DNA from: Vulcanimicrobiota bacterium
GTDB lineage: Bacteria > Vulcanimicrobiota > Vulcanimicrobiia > Vulcanimicrobiales > Vulcanimicrobiaceae
Direction of reading: 5' to 3'
Length of the DNA stretch: 64,000 nt
Assembly: GCA_963714015.1 (NCBI GenBank)
Contig: OY970223.1
Span: 2,048,001-2,112,000 of the forward strand
Positions within the stretch are counted from its first letter, which is position 1, and each line of letters starts with the position of its first letter. The notes beneath the pieces are model-generated. The model did not search any database, was not told the origin of the DNA, and saw only the letters and a program-made list of their open reading frames with translations. Position numbers and translations under genes: made by a program. Shown here piece by piece: positions 25,055-36,031 of the stretch.

Positions 25055-26482
25055 ATGGGATGTGATTCAGGTTATGCGAAGGAGCCAGAATTGATTGAAG
25101 GTAGTCAGGTTCGCCAGGACCGTCAGAAACGGGGGATTAGTCAAGCGCAGTTTGCCAAGTTTGCCGGCTTGGCGCAACACATGCTGTCTGCATTTGAGCT
25201 CGACAAGGCGGACCTTCCCGGGCCCATGAAGCGGCGCATTCAAGAAGCTTTCGAAAAGCTAGACCGATTCCATCGGAGCGAAGGGCAGCCTTTTTTTTCG
25301 AAAACGCGCTGGTCGGTCCAGTATGGGCGTAGACGTTATAACAATCGGCCCGGGACGATTGACTTAGAGACCGCCCGGGCCTTCGCTCGCGCTTGCCTCG
25401 TCGAAAGAGAAGACACTCCACGGCCTTTGCGGGGCATAAGTCTATTTTCAGGATGCGGCGGCATGAGTCTTGGCTTCCGGGACGCCGGTTTTGAGATACT
25501 AGGTTCAGTTGAACTTAATGAAGCCGCCAGGGCCATTTTCCATGAAAATTTTCCCGAGGCGCAGATGCTCGGGACCAATGTGCAGAGCATCAAGAAGGGC
25601 GACGTCGCCGAATGGAGACGACGTTTTCGCGATGTCGATGTGCTTTTCGGTGGGCCGCCCTGCCAGGGTTTTAGCCTAACTGGAAAGCGCGATCGATGGG
25701 ACACGCGCAACCAGCTCTATCGCTCGTTCGCACGCATCGCTGGCGTTCTGCAGCCTCGCATGGTCGTTTTGGAAAACGTCAGACTACTCACGTCGATGAA
25801 GTCGCCGGAAGGCGAGCCGGTACCAGCCTGCATTATGAGAGAATTTGAAAATCAGGGTTTCGTCATGCGCTACCGTGCGTTGAATGCACAAGATTTTGCC
25901 GTGCCCCAATTCAGAGAGCGCGTATTCTTCGTGGGAATCCGCCGGGGGTTGGGCTTCGAGCCTTCCTTTCCGTGCGCAACTCACGGCAAGAACGAGTCGG
26001 GAACGCTCTTTAAGGACTTGCTAACTCCCTTCAGAACGCTACGCGACGCAATTGCCGATCTGGAACCGCTCGAATCAGGAGAACAATCACGAGATCCTCT
26101 TCATTGGGCCGTGTCCCATCCGGATCACGTTATTGAAATGTTGATAGATGTTCCAGAGGGACACAGCGCACATGAGAATACCGATCCTAGAAAGAGGCCG
26201 AAGTCCGGCTACAATACCACGTACAAACGCCTGCAGTGGGACGAGCCCAGCTCAACAATAAGTACTACTTTCGGCATGATATCTGGATCTCGGAATGTGC
26301 ACCCGTCAAGCACGCGCTCGTTGACGATAAGGGAAGCGATGCGTTGTCAAACCTTTCCTGATCACTTTGTAATGTTCGGTCGGGTCGGTGACATCCGAAC
26401 TTCAATTGGCAACGCGGTCCCCCCTCGGTTGGCGTACTCAATAGCGATGCACCTTAGAAAGCTCTCGAATGGAAAGCCGTAA
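25055..26482 (+). CDS. DNA (cytosine-5) methyltransferase with N-terminal HTH
   Basis: FSGCGG (I), GGPPCQGFS (IV), ENV (VI), QFRERVF (VIII), IGNAVPP (X); N-terminal ISQAQFAKFAGL HTH. Confidence 0.95.
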   Translation: MGCDSGYAKEPELIEGSQVRQDRQKRGISQAQFAKFAGLAQHMLSAFELDKADLPGPMKRRIQEAFEKLDRFHRSEGQPFFSKTRWSVQYGRRRYNNRPGTIDLETARAFARACLVEREDTPRPLRGISLFSGCGGMSLGFRDAGFEILGSVELNEAARAIFHENFPEAQMLGTNVQSIKKGDVAEWRRRFRDVDVLFGGPPCQGFSLTGKRDRWDTRNQLYRSFARIAGVLQPRMVVLENVRLLTSMKSPEGEPVPACIMREFENQGFVMRYRALNAQDFAVPQFRERVFFVGIRRGLGFEPSFPCATHGKNESGTLFKDLLTPFRTLRDAIADLEPLESGEQSRDPLHWAVSHPDHVIEMLIDVPEGHSAHENTDPRKRPKSGYNTTYKRLQWDEPSSTISTTFGMISGSRNVHPSSTRSLTIREAMRCQTFPDHFVMFGRVGDIRTSIGNAVPPRLAYSIAMHLRKLSNGKP

Positions 26483-26488
26483 TCCATG

Positions 26489-27505
26489 TTAGGGCGCAGG
26501 CGCGCGGATAACGGCCTCAGCAGTGGCGGGAATCTTATTAAAGTAACCAGCCTGCAAATTCATTTGCAGTTCGTTCTTGTTCTGTGTATTGCCTATGGGT
26601 TGGAACTGGATAAATCCGAACCGGGGATATTCATGGTGGTTTGGGTCTTCCTTAAATCGACCCTTCGTCACCCTGCGGAGCTTGGTTGTAAATCCGCAAT
26701 ACATCAGCGAGTACGTGACGAGGTCATCGACGTCGAGAAGGGACAGTTCCATGTGTTTCTCGTCTTCGCACGCTGTGCATTTATGCATGATGAATTGTGG
26801 TGGAAAGGGGTCATTAGCGTATGCTGGAGACCTGGTGAGGACAATCTTCGTGATTTCGCGCTGGTGCACGGTCAAGATAGTCGCCCACTCTTCGCGAACG
26901 GCTGGTTGCAGCTCTTCCCAGAACCACCGCTCATCATTAACCCGGCGGTCGGCCCGGCTGCGCATGTCTATGGGACGAAACCCGGGGTCTCCGCAATACA
27001 TCCGCAATCCGTCCTCTGCGGCCGTCGAGACGAAAATGCCGGCGATGCGGAGCGTTTCACAGAATTTCACCGCTGATCCGCAAAAGATCTGGGCGTTTGT
27101 AGGAGAAGGATTGTTGCATTGCTTTATCGACACGCCGTAGCGATTCGTACCCTCTCCATGTGTAAACTCTAGGAGCACATCCGTCTTTGAACCAGTAACC
27201 GTTCGGCCGCTATCGTCTGTTATCGTGTCGCCGTCCCCGGCAGTCTTTAGGCCGCCCAGCCATGCGGCGCGAATCCGCACTATGCCTGTCACGTGCCTTT
27301 TCTGGGCAATGAATCGAACAATCTCCTGCGCGGGGTGACCGGTAACAAGGTGGCCGGTGGTCGGTCGATTCCAGTGAATTTTCCTCAGGTCGAGTTCGTT
27401 AACTTGAGCAGCAAGGTTCTTCTCGAAGGCGTGGCCGCGTCTTCGGCCCTGCGTTCCCGCAAGGATCTGAAAAAGGTGTTGGTCGTCCTCTGGATTGAGT
27501 GCCAC
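26489..27505 (-). CDS. Type II restriction endonuclease, HinP1I/MspI-like
   Basis: GHAFEK...SKTDV...VSIKQ...Q; later R.F..E and FG.IQFQ..G...ELQM resemble HinP1I; convergent with the MTase. Confidence 0.7.
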   Translation of the reverse strand: MALNPEDDQHLFQILAGTQGRRRGHAFEKNLAAQVNELDLRKIHWNRPTTGHLVTGHPAQEIVRFIAQKRHVTGIVRIRAAWLGGLKTAGDGDTITDDSGRTVTGSKTDVLLEFTHGEGTNRYGVSIKQCNNPSPTNAQIFCGSAVKFCETLRIAGIFVSTAAEDGLRMYCGDPGFRPIDMRSRADRRVNDERWFWEELQPAVREEWATILTVHQREITKIVLTRSPAYANDPFPPQFIMHKCTACEDEKHMELSLLDVDDLVTYSLMYCGFTTKLRRVTKGRFKEDPNHHEYPRFGFIQFQPIGNTQNKNELQMNLQAGYFNKIPATAEAVIRAPAP

Positions 27506-27779
27506 CTCGGCCCGCTTCGGCCATCCTAAAGAGCGGCCTGCATCCGATCAACCCCAAGGGTGATCCTATCATACGCTCGCTTGCCAGTAGGGCGGAAGCC
27601 CAAAGGCGCTCGGGCCGCCCCGCACAAAATTGATGGCCAGTAGATTACTGAAATCGTCGGGCGCTGAACAACGCCTGCATCATGAAAGTATTGGTCACGC
27701 ATGGCGTGAGCGCTTGGACTGGGGAAGATGGGCTCACGCTATGGAAATGAATGGCATCGCACTGGAAGTGGAAGCGCTC

Positions 27780-28718
27780 TTTCAGCCGGGCGTTTTCGCG
27801 GTCGAGGCGCTTGGGGATCTGCAGTGGGCCCGCAACCATGGCCAGGTCACGCGTTATACTGCTTGGAGACATTTTGGGATAGCCGCGCATCGCGGCGATC
27901 GCGTGGAGCACCCGCGTCATGCGCTCGCCGGAGAACGCAAAGTCGGCTTCAAGTGCGAGATTCTCTCGAGTGAAATCATCGCCGAACGCAAGTATCCGAA
28001 ATCGGCGATTCGAGCGCAAACCGTCATGTACAATATCAAGCGACCAGCGTTCATCTGGCGCGGTGACCGCCTCGGTTGCCGGCCCACGCCCCAAAGCCAG
28101 CTTGCGTCGTACCCGTTTGCGGACTTGCCGGCTTGCGGCGCGGTAGATCCACCCAATGCGCTTGTGATTATCGCTGATGCCCTTTCGGCGCAGCAACACA
28201 GTAAGTCGAGGCAATCCAAAGCGTCGGCGTGTAGCTAGGGCGACCAGCCGAAGTCGCAATGGTACATCATTACGCCGGGATCGGTACCGTGTAAGTTTTC
28301 GATTGATCCCGACGCACCAGCAAACGGGACGTTCCTTCTCGCTGAGCCGTTCCCGCACGGCGTGCGCCGCTGCGCGGCGCTGGGCGGGCCTCAGAAGTTT
28401 CCCTCGGCGGCGTTTTGAGCGCGTCGATGTTGAGCACTTGGTCTGCGACAATCTTTTTCGGCTGGCGATTTTTCATCATCGAGCTGTTCAAGACAACGCA
28501 TCGCTGACTCGAGCCTGCCGTACTTCGAGCGCCAATCGTACAGCATTGCTTCGCTGATACATGCTTGCGGCAGAGCGCCGCGGCCTTCACCCCGGCTTTG
28601 GGTCCTTCAGGATGCCGTCGATTTGGGATTCACTAAAATCGAGACTTCCGCACGTGGGTTCCTTTCGAGACCTTCGCCTCAAATCCGCGAATCAGCGGTA
28701 CTCGCGGGGATACCGTCA
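27780..28718 (-). mobile_element. Degraded IS3-family (IS407-like) element
   Basis: OrfA remnant RKSRF-SESQIDGILK...LCRKH...YDWRSKYG (GTG 28653); OrfB RRFG.PRL...NHKR...ERWSLDIVHD...DDFTRE, truncated. Ends not resolved. Confidence 0.8.
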
Positions 28719-28894
28719 AGTGCACCGGGTTTTAACCCGCACTCACCGCATTCAGCGCTTCGCGGATGTACGCCCAACGCGGTATGCTCTATTTCACCGG
28801 TTGTCGAAATCGCGGCTAACTTGCCCGCGCTTATCATTTTGGAAGGGACTATCTGCAGTTCGAAACCCGCCGACCTCTAACCAATCCTGTTTGT

Positions 28895-31800
28895 CTAGCC
28901 CTTCGCTAATTCATGAAAATAGAGGACCGCGTTAAGTTGACGCATTTGCTTTACTGAGGAGCACTCGCTTAGCAAAAGGTCAGGGGAACCCACGATGACT
29001 GATAGGGCGCGCGCTCGCGAGATTGCGACGTTCAGTCGATTTAGGTTAAAAATAAAATCGAGTCCCCGTGCGGCGTCCTCCGCGCTGGAGGCCGCCGTGG
29101 AAAAGAAGACAACGAACGCCTCCTGGCCCTGAAACTTATCGACTGTGCCGACCTCGACCGCGGCCCAAGCGCCGCGCCGCCGAAGCTCTCGGGCGATGCA
29201 ATCAACTTGGGCATTGTACGGAGTGACGACGATAATATCTGCGGGCGTCATTTGACGCGTCATGTCGTAAGCGTCGGTAACTGACCCTTTCAAAAGAAGC
29301 TCCACCTCGTCCGCAATTCGCGTCGCCTCTTCGATCGAGCGGCTTCGATTGTTACGATGTGCTACCGGCAGAAATCTTAACCCTGCGCCGGACTGCCCGT
29401 CACTGGATACGCACTGCTTTTCCAGACCGGGCATCGACGCAAGACGGTCACGGTACATAATTGTCGATATGTATCTGCAAATGTCAGGGTGCATGCGGCG
29501 CGTCTGCTCGAGAAGGACGCCTCGCTCCGGCGTAACCGGGCCGTCCGCTTCAGCCAAAAGTCTGTCCAGAACTGACGCGCCGACGTTCATTGGGTGGCGT
29601 CCATGAGCAACTTGCGGTAATTGGGCGGGATCGCCCAGAAGAATGACCGACCTTGCGGACATTGTCGCCGCGATCACGGTCGGCAGCGCCACCTGGCCAG
29701 CCTCGTCGATCAGAAGAAAATCGACTTTTTGCCGCATCGAGGCGTGGGATAATGCGCTAGGCGTGCCGGCATAAAGATCGATGTCTAGAGTTCCCAGGTT
29801 GTCCGTAGTGGACGTTACGTTTCGGCCAAAGTACTCTGTACGAGATTCTCCCTCAGTACATTTCTTGTACCCGCGAAATCGAAACCCATTGTTGTCAAGC
29901 GCGGCTTTCTCAACCGCATCGAGTAGGTTGTGAATCGCCTGATGGCTATTTGCGGACACTGCGACTTTGTATCCCGCGTCTATCAAGGCAATCGCCAGAT
30001 GAGCGCCTTGGTAGGTCTTGCCGGAGCCCGGAGGCCCCTGAATAAAAAGATAGCTGTTGTCCAGGTCCCTTACGAGATCAACCAGTGCATTCGCCGTAAC
30101 AACGTCCGGCTGTACCTTAGTGCGTCGCGATCTAAACCGGGGAGCGGCGGCGCGGAGAAGGTCAAAGGCGCCGCGATAGATGGTGGGCGCCCCGTTGCAT
30201 GTGAGCAATTCAATCGCAAACGCAGTTAAAGCGTCGCGGATTGCTTTATTGGGATGATCATCGCGAACTATTATGGCGTCACCAACGACAGCGCGCTGAA
30301 ACTTCTTTCCTCGCTCAATCCTAACTTGATCCTGTTGTGTACCCACCGATGTGTCCAGAAGCGTGCCTATCTTGTCCTTGGTTGCCGCCGAGAAGCAGAA
30401 GGCGCCTGGCTTTGATTTGAAGAGTTGCGTTGGGAACTCGTAGGTTTCAATGATAGTCCCGGTAGGGCCGGCTTTGCCGATCTTGGGCTCTGCATGAGAA
30501 CAACGGACGTTGAGTAAGCACTCGGAATCGTCGATTAATTGTTCTGGATCGTCATGATAGGTTTCGGAGCGCTTGTGAAACTGCCAGAGTACCGGTTTCC
30601 GTTCTCGCCAGTGGTATTCGAGTAATTGGGGCGCAAGGAAGTAGGGTAATCGGGGATCATCGGATTTCGCATCTTCAGGGTCAAAGTCAGCGCCAATTCG
30701 GTCGCGGAGCGCCCGTTTTAGGTCGGCGTGGTCTCCACTGTAATCCTTCTCAATTTCAGGCGCAGGGCCAACGAAAAACGGAATGTCGATCTTAAACTGC
30801 TGTTCAGCTTCCTGCTTCAGGTCAAGCAGCCATCCACGTAACGCATAAGCAGATTTGCAATCGGCCTCGTTATATTGTTCAAGGTCTTCGAGAATCGTAT
30901 TATCCAGCTTTCCCAGGCGCTGGAGGGCAAGCCACTCCTCGAAACGCAGGATTGACTCGTCGCCCCCCTTCACGCTCGAGTGATCATTTCGCTTGCCGTA
31001 TAACTCCTCTACCGCTTTTAGCGAATAATTGGATTGTCCCAACATGACGCTCTGACGAACGACGGTATATAAGTCGACCAGAACGCGCTCGCGAAGTATG
31101 GTGTCTATCTCGCTTTCGCGAGTGGCATGTCGCTCCATTCACTCCTTGAGTGCGCGTTCTTCGTAGTTTGCATAGTGATAAATATGCATATCGGAGTGTT
31201 GGGCTCGTCGTCTCATGACATGATCGATCAAACCCTCAAACGCTGTTTTCTCGGCAGCTCGATGGCCGATCTTGCCGTTCAAAGTCCTGTCACATCCCCA
31301 GAACGCCTTAAATCCAGCGTCGCTCGAATACACACCAAGGAGGTACTCAAAGCCCTTGCCGGTCTCGAAGTACGGGTCGCCCTCGATGTCGAAAAAGACG
31401 TCGCCGGCGGAAGGCGCCGGCAGTAGGCTCAGGCCGCGCTTGCCGAAATGATCTGGCGCTATGGGCAGCAGCGCCTTTGTAAATGGGGGTTGCATTCCGG
31501 CGTCCGAGGCGCGCCGTTGCTGCAGTTGTAGCGCGGCCTGCCTCTGCAGCTTATCAAAGGTGGCTGAGGTCATCTTCGGTGGGCGCGCGGTAGAGGCGGA
31601 TTCGGCTAGTTTCTCAAGTGTGCTTATACCGACCGCGGTGAGGCGGGCGCGCTGAAGCGTCGTGCAGTTCGCCACTAGGCTCAGGTGATCGTCCCGAATG
31701 CGCCGTTCTGAACACTGTTGGTCGAATTCGCACAGGCTGCAGTGCTTGACAGGGTCAGGATACGTACTGTCGGTGTCGGTTTGTAGCCGTTCCAAGAACC

Positions 31801-32384
31801 GAGCCTTGACCGAGCGATAGTACGCCGCGTAGTCGGTTACGCGATATGGTGTGGGCATTCCGTTTCCAAGAATGACCCACGCCAGGCGGGGTGAGCACCC
31901 CTGCAATTGCGCAATCGAGCTCACTATAAAAACACAACTGCAATAAAAAGTACGGCTTTGTCTCGCTCGCCAGTTTCGTGTCGAGGACCTCGTAGCTATG
32001 TGTCCAGTTTCGGCCTTCTGGCCCGTCCTCTACGCGCTTTAGAAAGTCGGCGTTGCCCACCCAATCGCCGTACATCAGGGCCGCCTGGTAAATGTATTCC
32101 TTCCCTGCCTCCATTGCGGCCTTCGTTTCAGACAGCCGACGGAGCAGCGGCCAAGAGCCATCAATGCAGTACACGTCATGGCTTGACTGAAGATCCGTCA
32201 AGTACGCCTGTTCGTGCTCGCTTCCGAGCCGGCGCAATATTTGTGACTGCCCTTCTTCGGGTTTGGCCTTACCCCCAGGTCCTTCTGGCAAATGAAGTAA
32301 GTCGAGCGTGGTCAAATGGGGACATAGCAGAAAGTTGTTTAGATCGGTCGCCGAGTATACTGTGCGTCCTTCCAAAATCTGCAT
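28895..32384 (-). CDS. TM0106-family RecB-like nuclease fused to RNase H-like and DNA2/NAM7-type SF1 helicase domains (frameshift about 31920, in-frame TGA 31139-31141)
   Basis: YSATDL, GNADFL...EVLDTKLA...QLCFY, FFDIEGDP, YSLKAVE, QGPPGSGKT, IDEAGQ, GDPAQL, GTVDKFQGQE, NRLNVAISRA. Confidence 0.88.
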
Positions 32385-32574
32385 GGAGGCGCTATCCCAT
32401 CCGCGGATTCTTCGAGCGGGCGTTCCACGAACTCGCTTGGGTCCCGAGCACTTTTGTGTCGGCGACAGGGTGCATGTTGGTTTCGCGGTCCCGTGCGCAA
32501 GCGGCCAACGGAATGTTGCATTGCCAGATGCGCATAGGTAGCGCACTGCAGGTAGGGTCACCGAGGTGCAAGGC

Positions 32575-32733
32575 GGCTTCCAGGCGCATGAGTTGCGTGC
32601 CTTCGACGTCGGGTTTGGCCTTGCGTGGATTCTTGAACGACCGCAACGACTTGAGTTGCGGTAAGCTCCCGAATTCAACGTAATTGTTCAAATCCGCGGC
32701 GGTGTAAATCCACTGCCTGTCAGTAAGCTGCAT
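32575..32733 (-). pseudogene. 5' remnant of a second TM0106-family gene
   Basis: MQLTDRQWIYTAADLNNY...KAKP parallels MQILEGRTVYSATDLNNF...KAKP; keeps a GAGGAG RBS. Confidence 0.65.
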
Positions 32734-32980
32734 ACGCTCCTCGCCGCGCCTTGCTGGCTCTCGCCCGTTATCCTTCGCCACAAACCGATTTTGCACTACA
32801 GCCTGTGTCAGACGTATGACAAGCGAGTTCCAGCGGCCGGAGGATGAGCCCGGCACGGCAAGGGTTAGGAATCTTGCGGCCGCTACGGGTCGCCTATACT
32901 CCGGTGTCGTGCGGCATAAGCTTTTTGCAGCCTCCCGAATCCACCGGGTAAGCCTCCCCTCCCAATCGCGCAGGGTCCCA

Positions 32981-33170
32981 CTAGCGTCTGCGCCGCGGGG
33001 TCAACGCCATGAGCAGCGCACACTTCACCACCTGCTCGTGGTCGTAGGCTCTCGTGCACCCTTCTACGTTCTGCCTTTGCCGGCGAAATTCAAGAAACGC
33101 GTCGAGTTCCGTTAGCACGGTGCACCAGCCCTCAAGTCCACGAACCGAATCGTACTGCACCACCCGGATG
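32981..33170 (-). pseudogene. Possible SF1/UvrD-like helicase C-terminal remnant
   Basis: VQYDSVRGLEGW...LD.F...LMALT resembles helicase motifs V/VI. Confidence 0.4.
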
Positions 33171-33471
33171 TAGGCTGACGACGCTGGTGGTATTGCCCGC
33201 GTCGGCGATTGGGAATACGCGCCGGCATCGCGCTCTCAGCGCGGCCCGTCGTTTCCAAAAGCAGGTTCGGAAAGCGAAACCATGAGTTCTGGCTCGCACA
33301 GCAGCGCTGCATCGCTGTGTAGGAACCGTATCCAACCCACGGTCGCACCAGACGTGGAGAAGGCTATCGTGAGCGCCCAATGTTCGTAAGCTTAGACTAT
33401 AGCCTAGATCGTACGATTGCGCTCTGTACGTACTGCTGTGGGACGGCACTCTGCGCGCCGCCTTAGGACTT

Positions 33472-33501
33472 TTGACAATTACGGCGCCCTCGCGGTAGAA
33501 T
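33472..33501 (+). promoter_or_regulatory. Near-consensus sigma70 promoter
   Basis: TTGACA-18 bp-TAGAAT. Confidence 0.65.
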
Positions 33502-33779
33502 CAAACTCGGCCGGCTGACATTCGTGACTCTAGAAACGGCGAATCCGGCGGTGAGCTTGCCCAGTTTGCTCCGCCGGTCCGCCAAATCGCTGGAAACTAA
33601 GAAGCCTACGCGTTCCTTAACCCGTTACGAACGGCAGCGCTTGTTGCTGGCTACTCAGACTTTGAATCGTAACCCAAAAGATTCCCGGCGGTCATTTGTT
33701 GTTCAAAAAACATCAGCTCTAATGTTGAACGATCGGTAACGTCAGTTATTATTTCCCACAATCTTTTATTTGGAGGACC

Positions 33780-34613
33780 ATGAAGCAGATAACCCCAAAA
33801 CATCTCAAGTTAATCACAAATATTTGCGATTTGCGTAGGTCAGGTTTCAGGGTCGCGCAAATCGCCGAAAAAACTGGCAAAACGCGGCAAACTGTCTATA
33901 ACGCATTGAAGAACGGTGAACGCCTTGGCATAATTGACCATGCGTCTTATTGTCGCGAAAAACCGACAGCGAGCGCAATCTACCGCGAGTTGGCTCGTCA
34001 ACCTTCTCTCGTAGAGGTTGCTCAAGCCCTAAGAATGAGTCCCGGTCGGCTGCAGTATTACATACGCTCGCAATCAATCGATACTGATGTATCGGCGCCG
34101 GTTCGTAGGGCACTTAGAATCGACAGACAGAAACACCGGCTTCGTCAGTGGTATCTCGAACTACACAGCGAATTGCACGACCATCCAAGCACGACGGAAA
34201 TGCAGAGCGCAGATGGAGGGCGTGCTAAATATGCCTCCATAATCCGCATCTGGGGTTCGATTGAAGCATTCCGAACGGAATTACGAGTACGCCGAAAATT
34301 TAAGGTTAACCCCGTTTGGCTACACCGAACCAATAAAGAACGCTCAACTCTCCATGCCTCCAGGCGTAATGATGCAAAACGGCGGATGCTTGCATTATTA
34401 CAGGTCGATAGGGAAACTACAATGGCCGAGATACTAAGCGTTTCTGGCTTCAAAGACCTGACGGCGCGCGCGCTTCTCAAAGAGCTTGTGGATGATGGCA
34501 TTGTGGTTGTATTCGCCGGCAGGCCTAAGACGGTTCGCGTTAAGATGCACGTTGCTGCCTCGGATACCTCTACCGTATTCGAACCCCCACTTGGCGTAAC
34601 AGGTGTAAGATAG
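33780..34613 (+). CDS. Basic multi-HTH protein with a homing-endonuclease-associated-repeat-like segment
   Basis: GGAGG RBS; HTHs VAQIAEKTGKTRQTVY and LVEVAQALRMS; HPSTTEM...IIRIWGSIEAF; C-terminal winged helix. Confidence 0.65.
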   Translation: MKQITPKHLKLITNICDLRRSGFRVAQIAEKTGKTRQTVYNALKNGERLGIIDHASYCREKPTASAIYRELARQPSLVEVAQALRMSPGRLQYYIRSQSIDTDVSAPVRRALRIDRQKHRLRQWYLELHSELHDHPSTTEMQSADGGRAKYASIIRIWGSIEAFRTELRVRRKFKVNPVWLHRTNKERSTLHASRRNDAKRRMLALLQVDRETTMAEILSVSGFKDLTARALLKELVDDGIVVVFAGRPKTVRVKMHVAASDTSTVFEPPLGVTGVR

Positions 34614-34829
34614 GAACCGCATCGCCGCCTGGGCACGCACGTCAGTCCGTAATTTTACAGCCGCCGCCCGCTTGCGCCACCATGACCGGACTCCACGCGA
34701 AAGTACTTCACCCCGCGCGCTCCACCCAGCGAACCTGGCGTCCTACGAGGACATTGAAAACTTAGCATCTACATGCGACGGGCGCATGTAGAGCCGTGCC
34801 CGAGTTGAGGTCTACGGTCCCGCCGGCCC

Positions 34830-35402
34830 TTGCATCTAGTCTGGCTCGCCGTTAGCAGCTCGCCACGCAGCTGGCGCCCTGGCAGCAGGCTGAAAAGTGT
34901 GCCGCAAAGATGTAAGCGCCGGGGGTTCGACCCCGATCGCTGCGCCCGATTCTTCGAAGGGCGCGAGTACGAGGTAGACGACAAGCGATCCGAGTCATGG
35001 GTTTCCATACTCGCAAAGGTGGAAGACGAGTACTTTCACGTGCTTAGGGACGACGAAGACCCGCAATTTATGAACGTGCGGCTGCGATACACGCTCGGGA
35101 CCCTCCGGCGTTGGAAGAAGCGACGTCATAAAGCTGGCGAATCATGTAAACAGAGCTGGAAAATCGACAAGGCGATCGTTAATTTCTCAGATGAGGGGGC
35201 CATATGTGTTTTTCAATTCGAGTTTCTTGTGTTTGAGCACGAGGCATTCGAGAAAGCATTCGATCCCGTCCGCGAACACCTCAGCGGCGTGGCCAAAGAA
35301 TTTTTCAACCTCAAGTTGCGAAGTGCCAACCCTACGACATGGTCTGGGCCTATAATGTACCCATGGAACAGAACGATGCGCTCCGCAACCGCCGCGCCTT
35401 GA
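34830..35402 (+). CDS. Hypothetical protein or fragment
   Basis: 190-aa ORF with no recognised motif. Confidence 0.35.
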   Translation: MHLVWLAVSSSPRSWRPGSRLKSVPQRCKRRGFDPDRCARFFEGREYEVDDKRSESWVSILAKVEDEYFHVLRDDEDPQFMNVRLRYTLGTLRRWKKRRHKAGESCKQSWKIDKAIVNFSDEGAICVFQFEFLVFEHEAFEKAFDPVREHLSGVAKEFFNLKLRSANPTTWSGPIMYPWNRTMRSATAAP

Positions 35403-35842
35403 AGGCGCTCCTCGACGCTAACGGTTACCGTTCCCATCGCATTAGCGATTCCGGCTACGAGATACCTTTCGCGGGAAAGTTCCGGGACTGGCATATCCGT
35501 GCGAGAATTCACAACGGCTGGCTTTTGCTCAACACCTATTTCATGGAGGTTCCGGAAAAAGGCCCGCAGCGTAGTGCGTTGCTTGAACGTATGCTCGAAA
35601 TGAACGACGTCATGAATGTTGCGAAGTTCAGCAAGTCAAAGGAAGTACTCAGCCTGGACTTAGAGTATCGCGAAGAACATGCCGATGCTGCGGCGTTTAA
35701 CGGGCTTGTATCGCTAATGCACTCTCTGTGCGAGGAGTACTATCCGCAGTTGTTTCGGATTGCGTCAGGCGACAGCGCGATGGAGTCCTTGCAACAAGCA
35801 TTTCAAAGGCCAGCGCTCTCGACGCAATCCGACATCGGTTAA
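35363..35842 (+). CDS. YbjN/T3SS-chaperone-like domain protein
   Basis: LLERMLEMN...AKFS...LSLD pattern. Confidence 0.6.
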   Translation: MEQNDALRNRRALKALLDANGYRSHRISDSGYEIPFAGKFRDWHIRARIHNGWLLLNTYFMEVPEKGPQRSALLERMLEMNDVMNVAKFSKSKEVLSLDLEYREEHADAAAFNGLVSLMHSLCEEYYPQLFRIASGDSAMESLQQAFQRPALSTQSDIG

Positions 35843-35990
35843 CGCTCGTGTTCGGCGCACATCTGCTCCGCCAGTTTCCCCGTACTCCACTGCCGCGGCG
35901 GGTACACGATTCTGGCGTCCGCTCCGAAGCCGAACGTCCAACGAACGACCTCACCGACATCGCTCACGGTGAACGCCATCTTCGCCTTAT
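35839..35990 (-). pseudogene. Diverged 3' (WCX) remnant of a WYL regulator gene
   Basis: KMAFTVSDVGEVVRWTFGFGADARIV vs TMTFIVGDVGEVVRWALGFGIDAKVV; 35906-35986 vs 47222-47302 = 61/81 nt. Confidence 0.85.
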
Positions 35991-36031
35991 TGGCCGTCGT
36001 ATCGTATACCGATACATGATATAATTTTTGC

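Noticed and set aside
33585..33690. Group I intron core or tRNA-Gln fragment
   Set aside because: AAATCGCTGGAAA and CAGACTTTGAATC resemble these only superficially. No P7 pairing or cloverleaf could be built.
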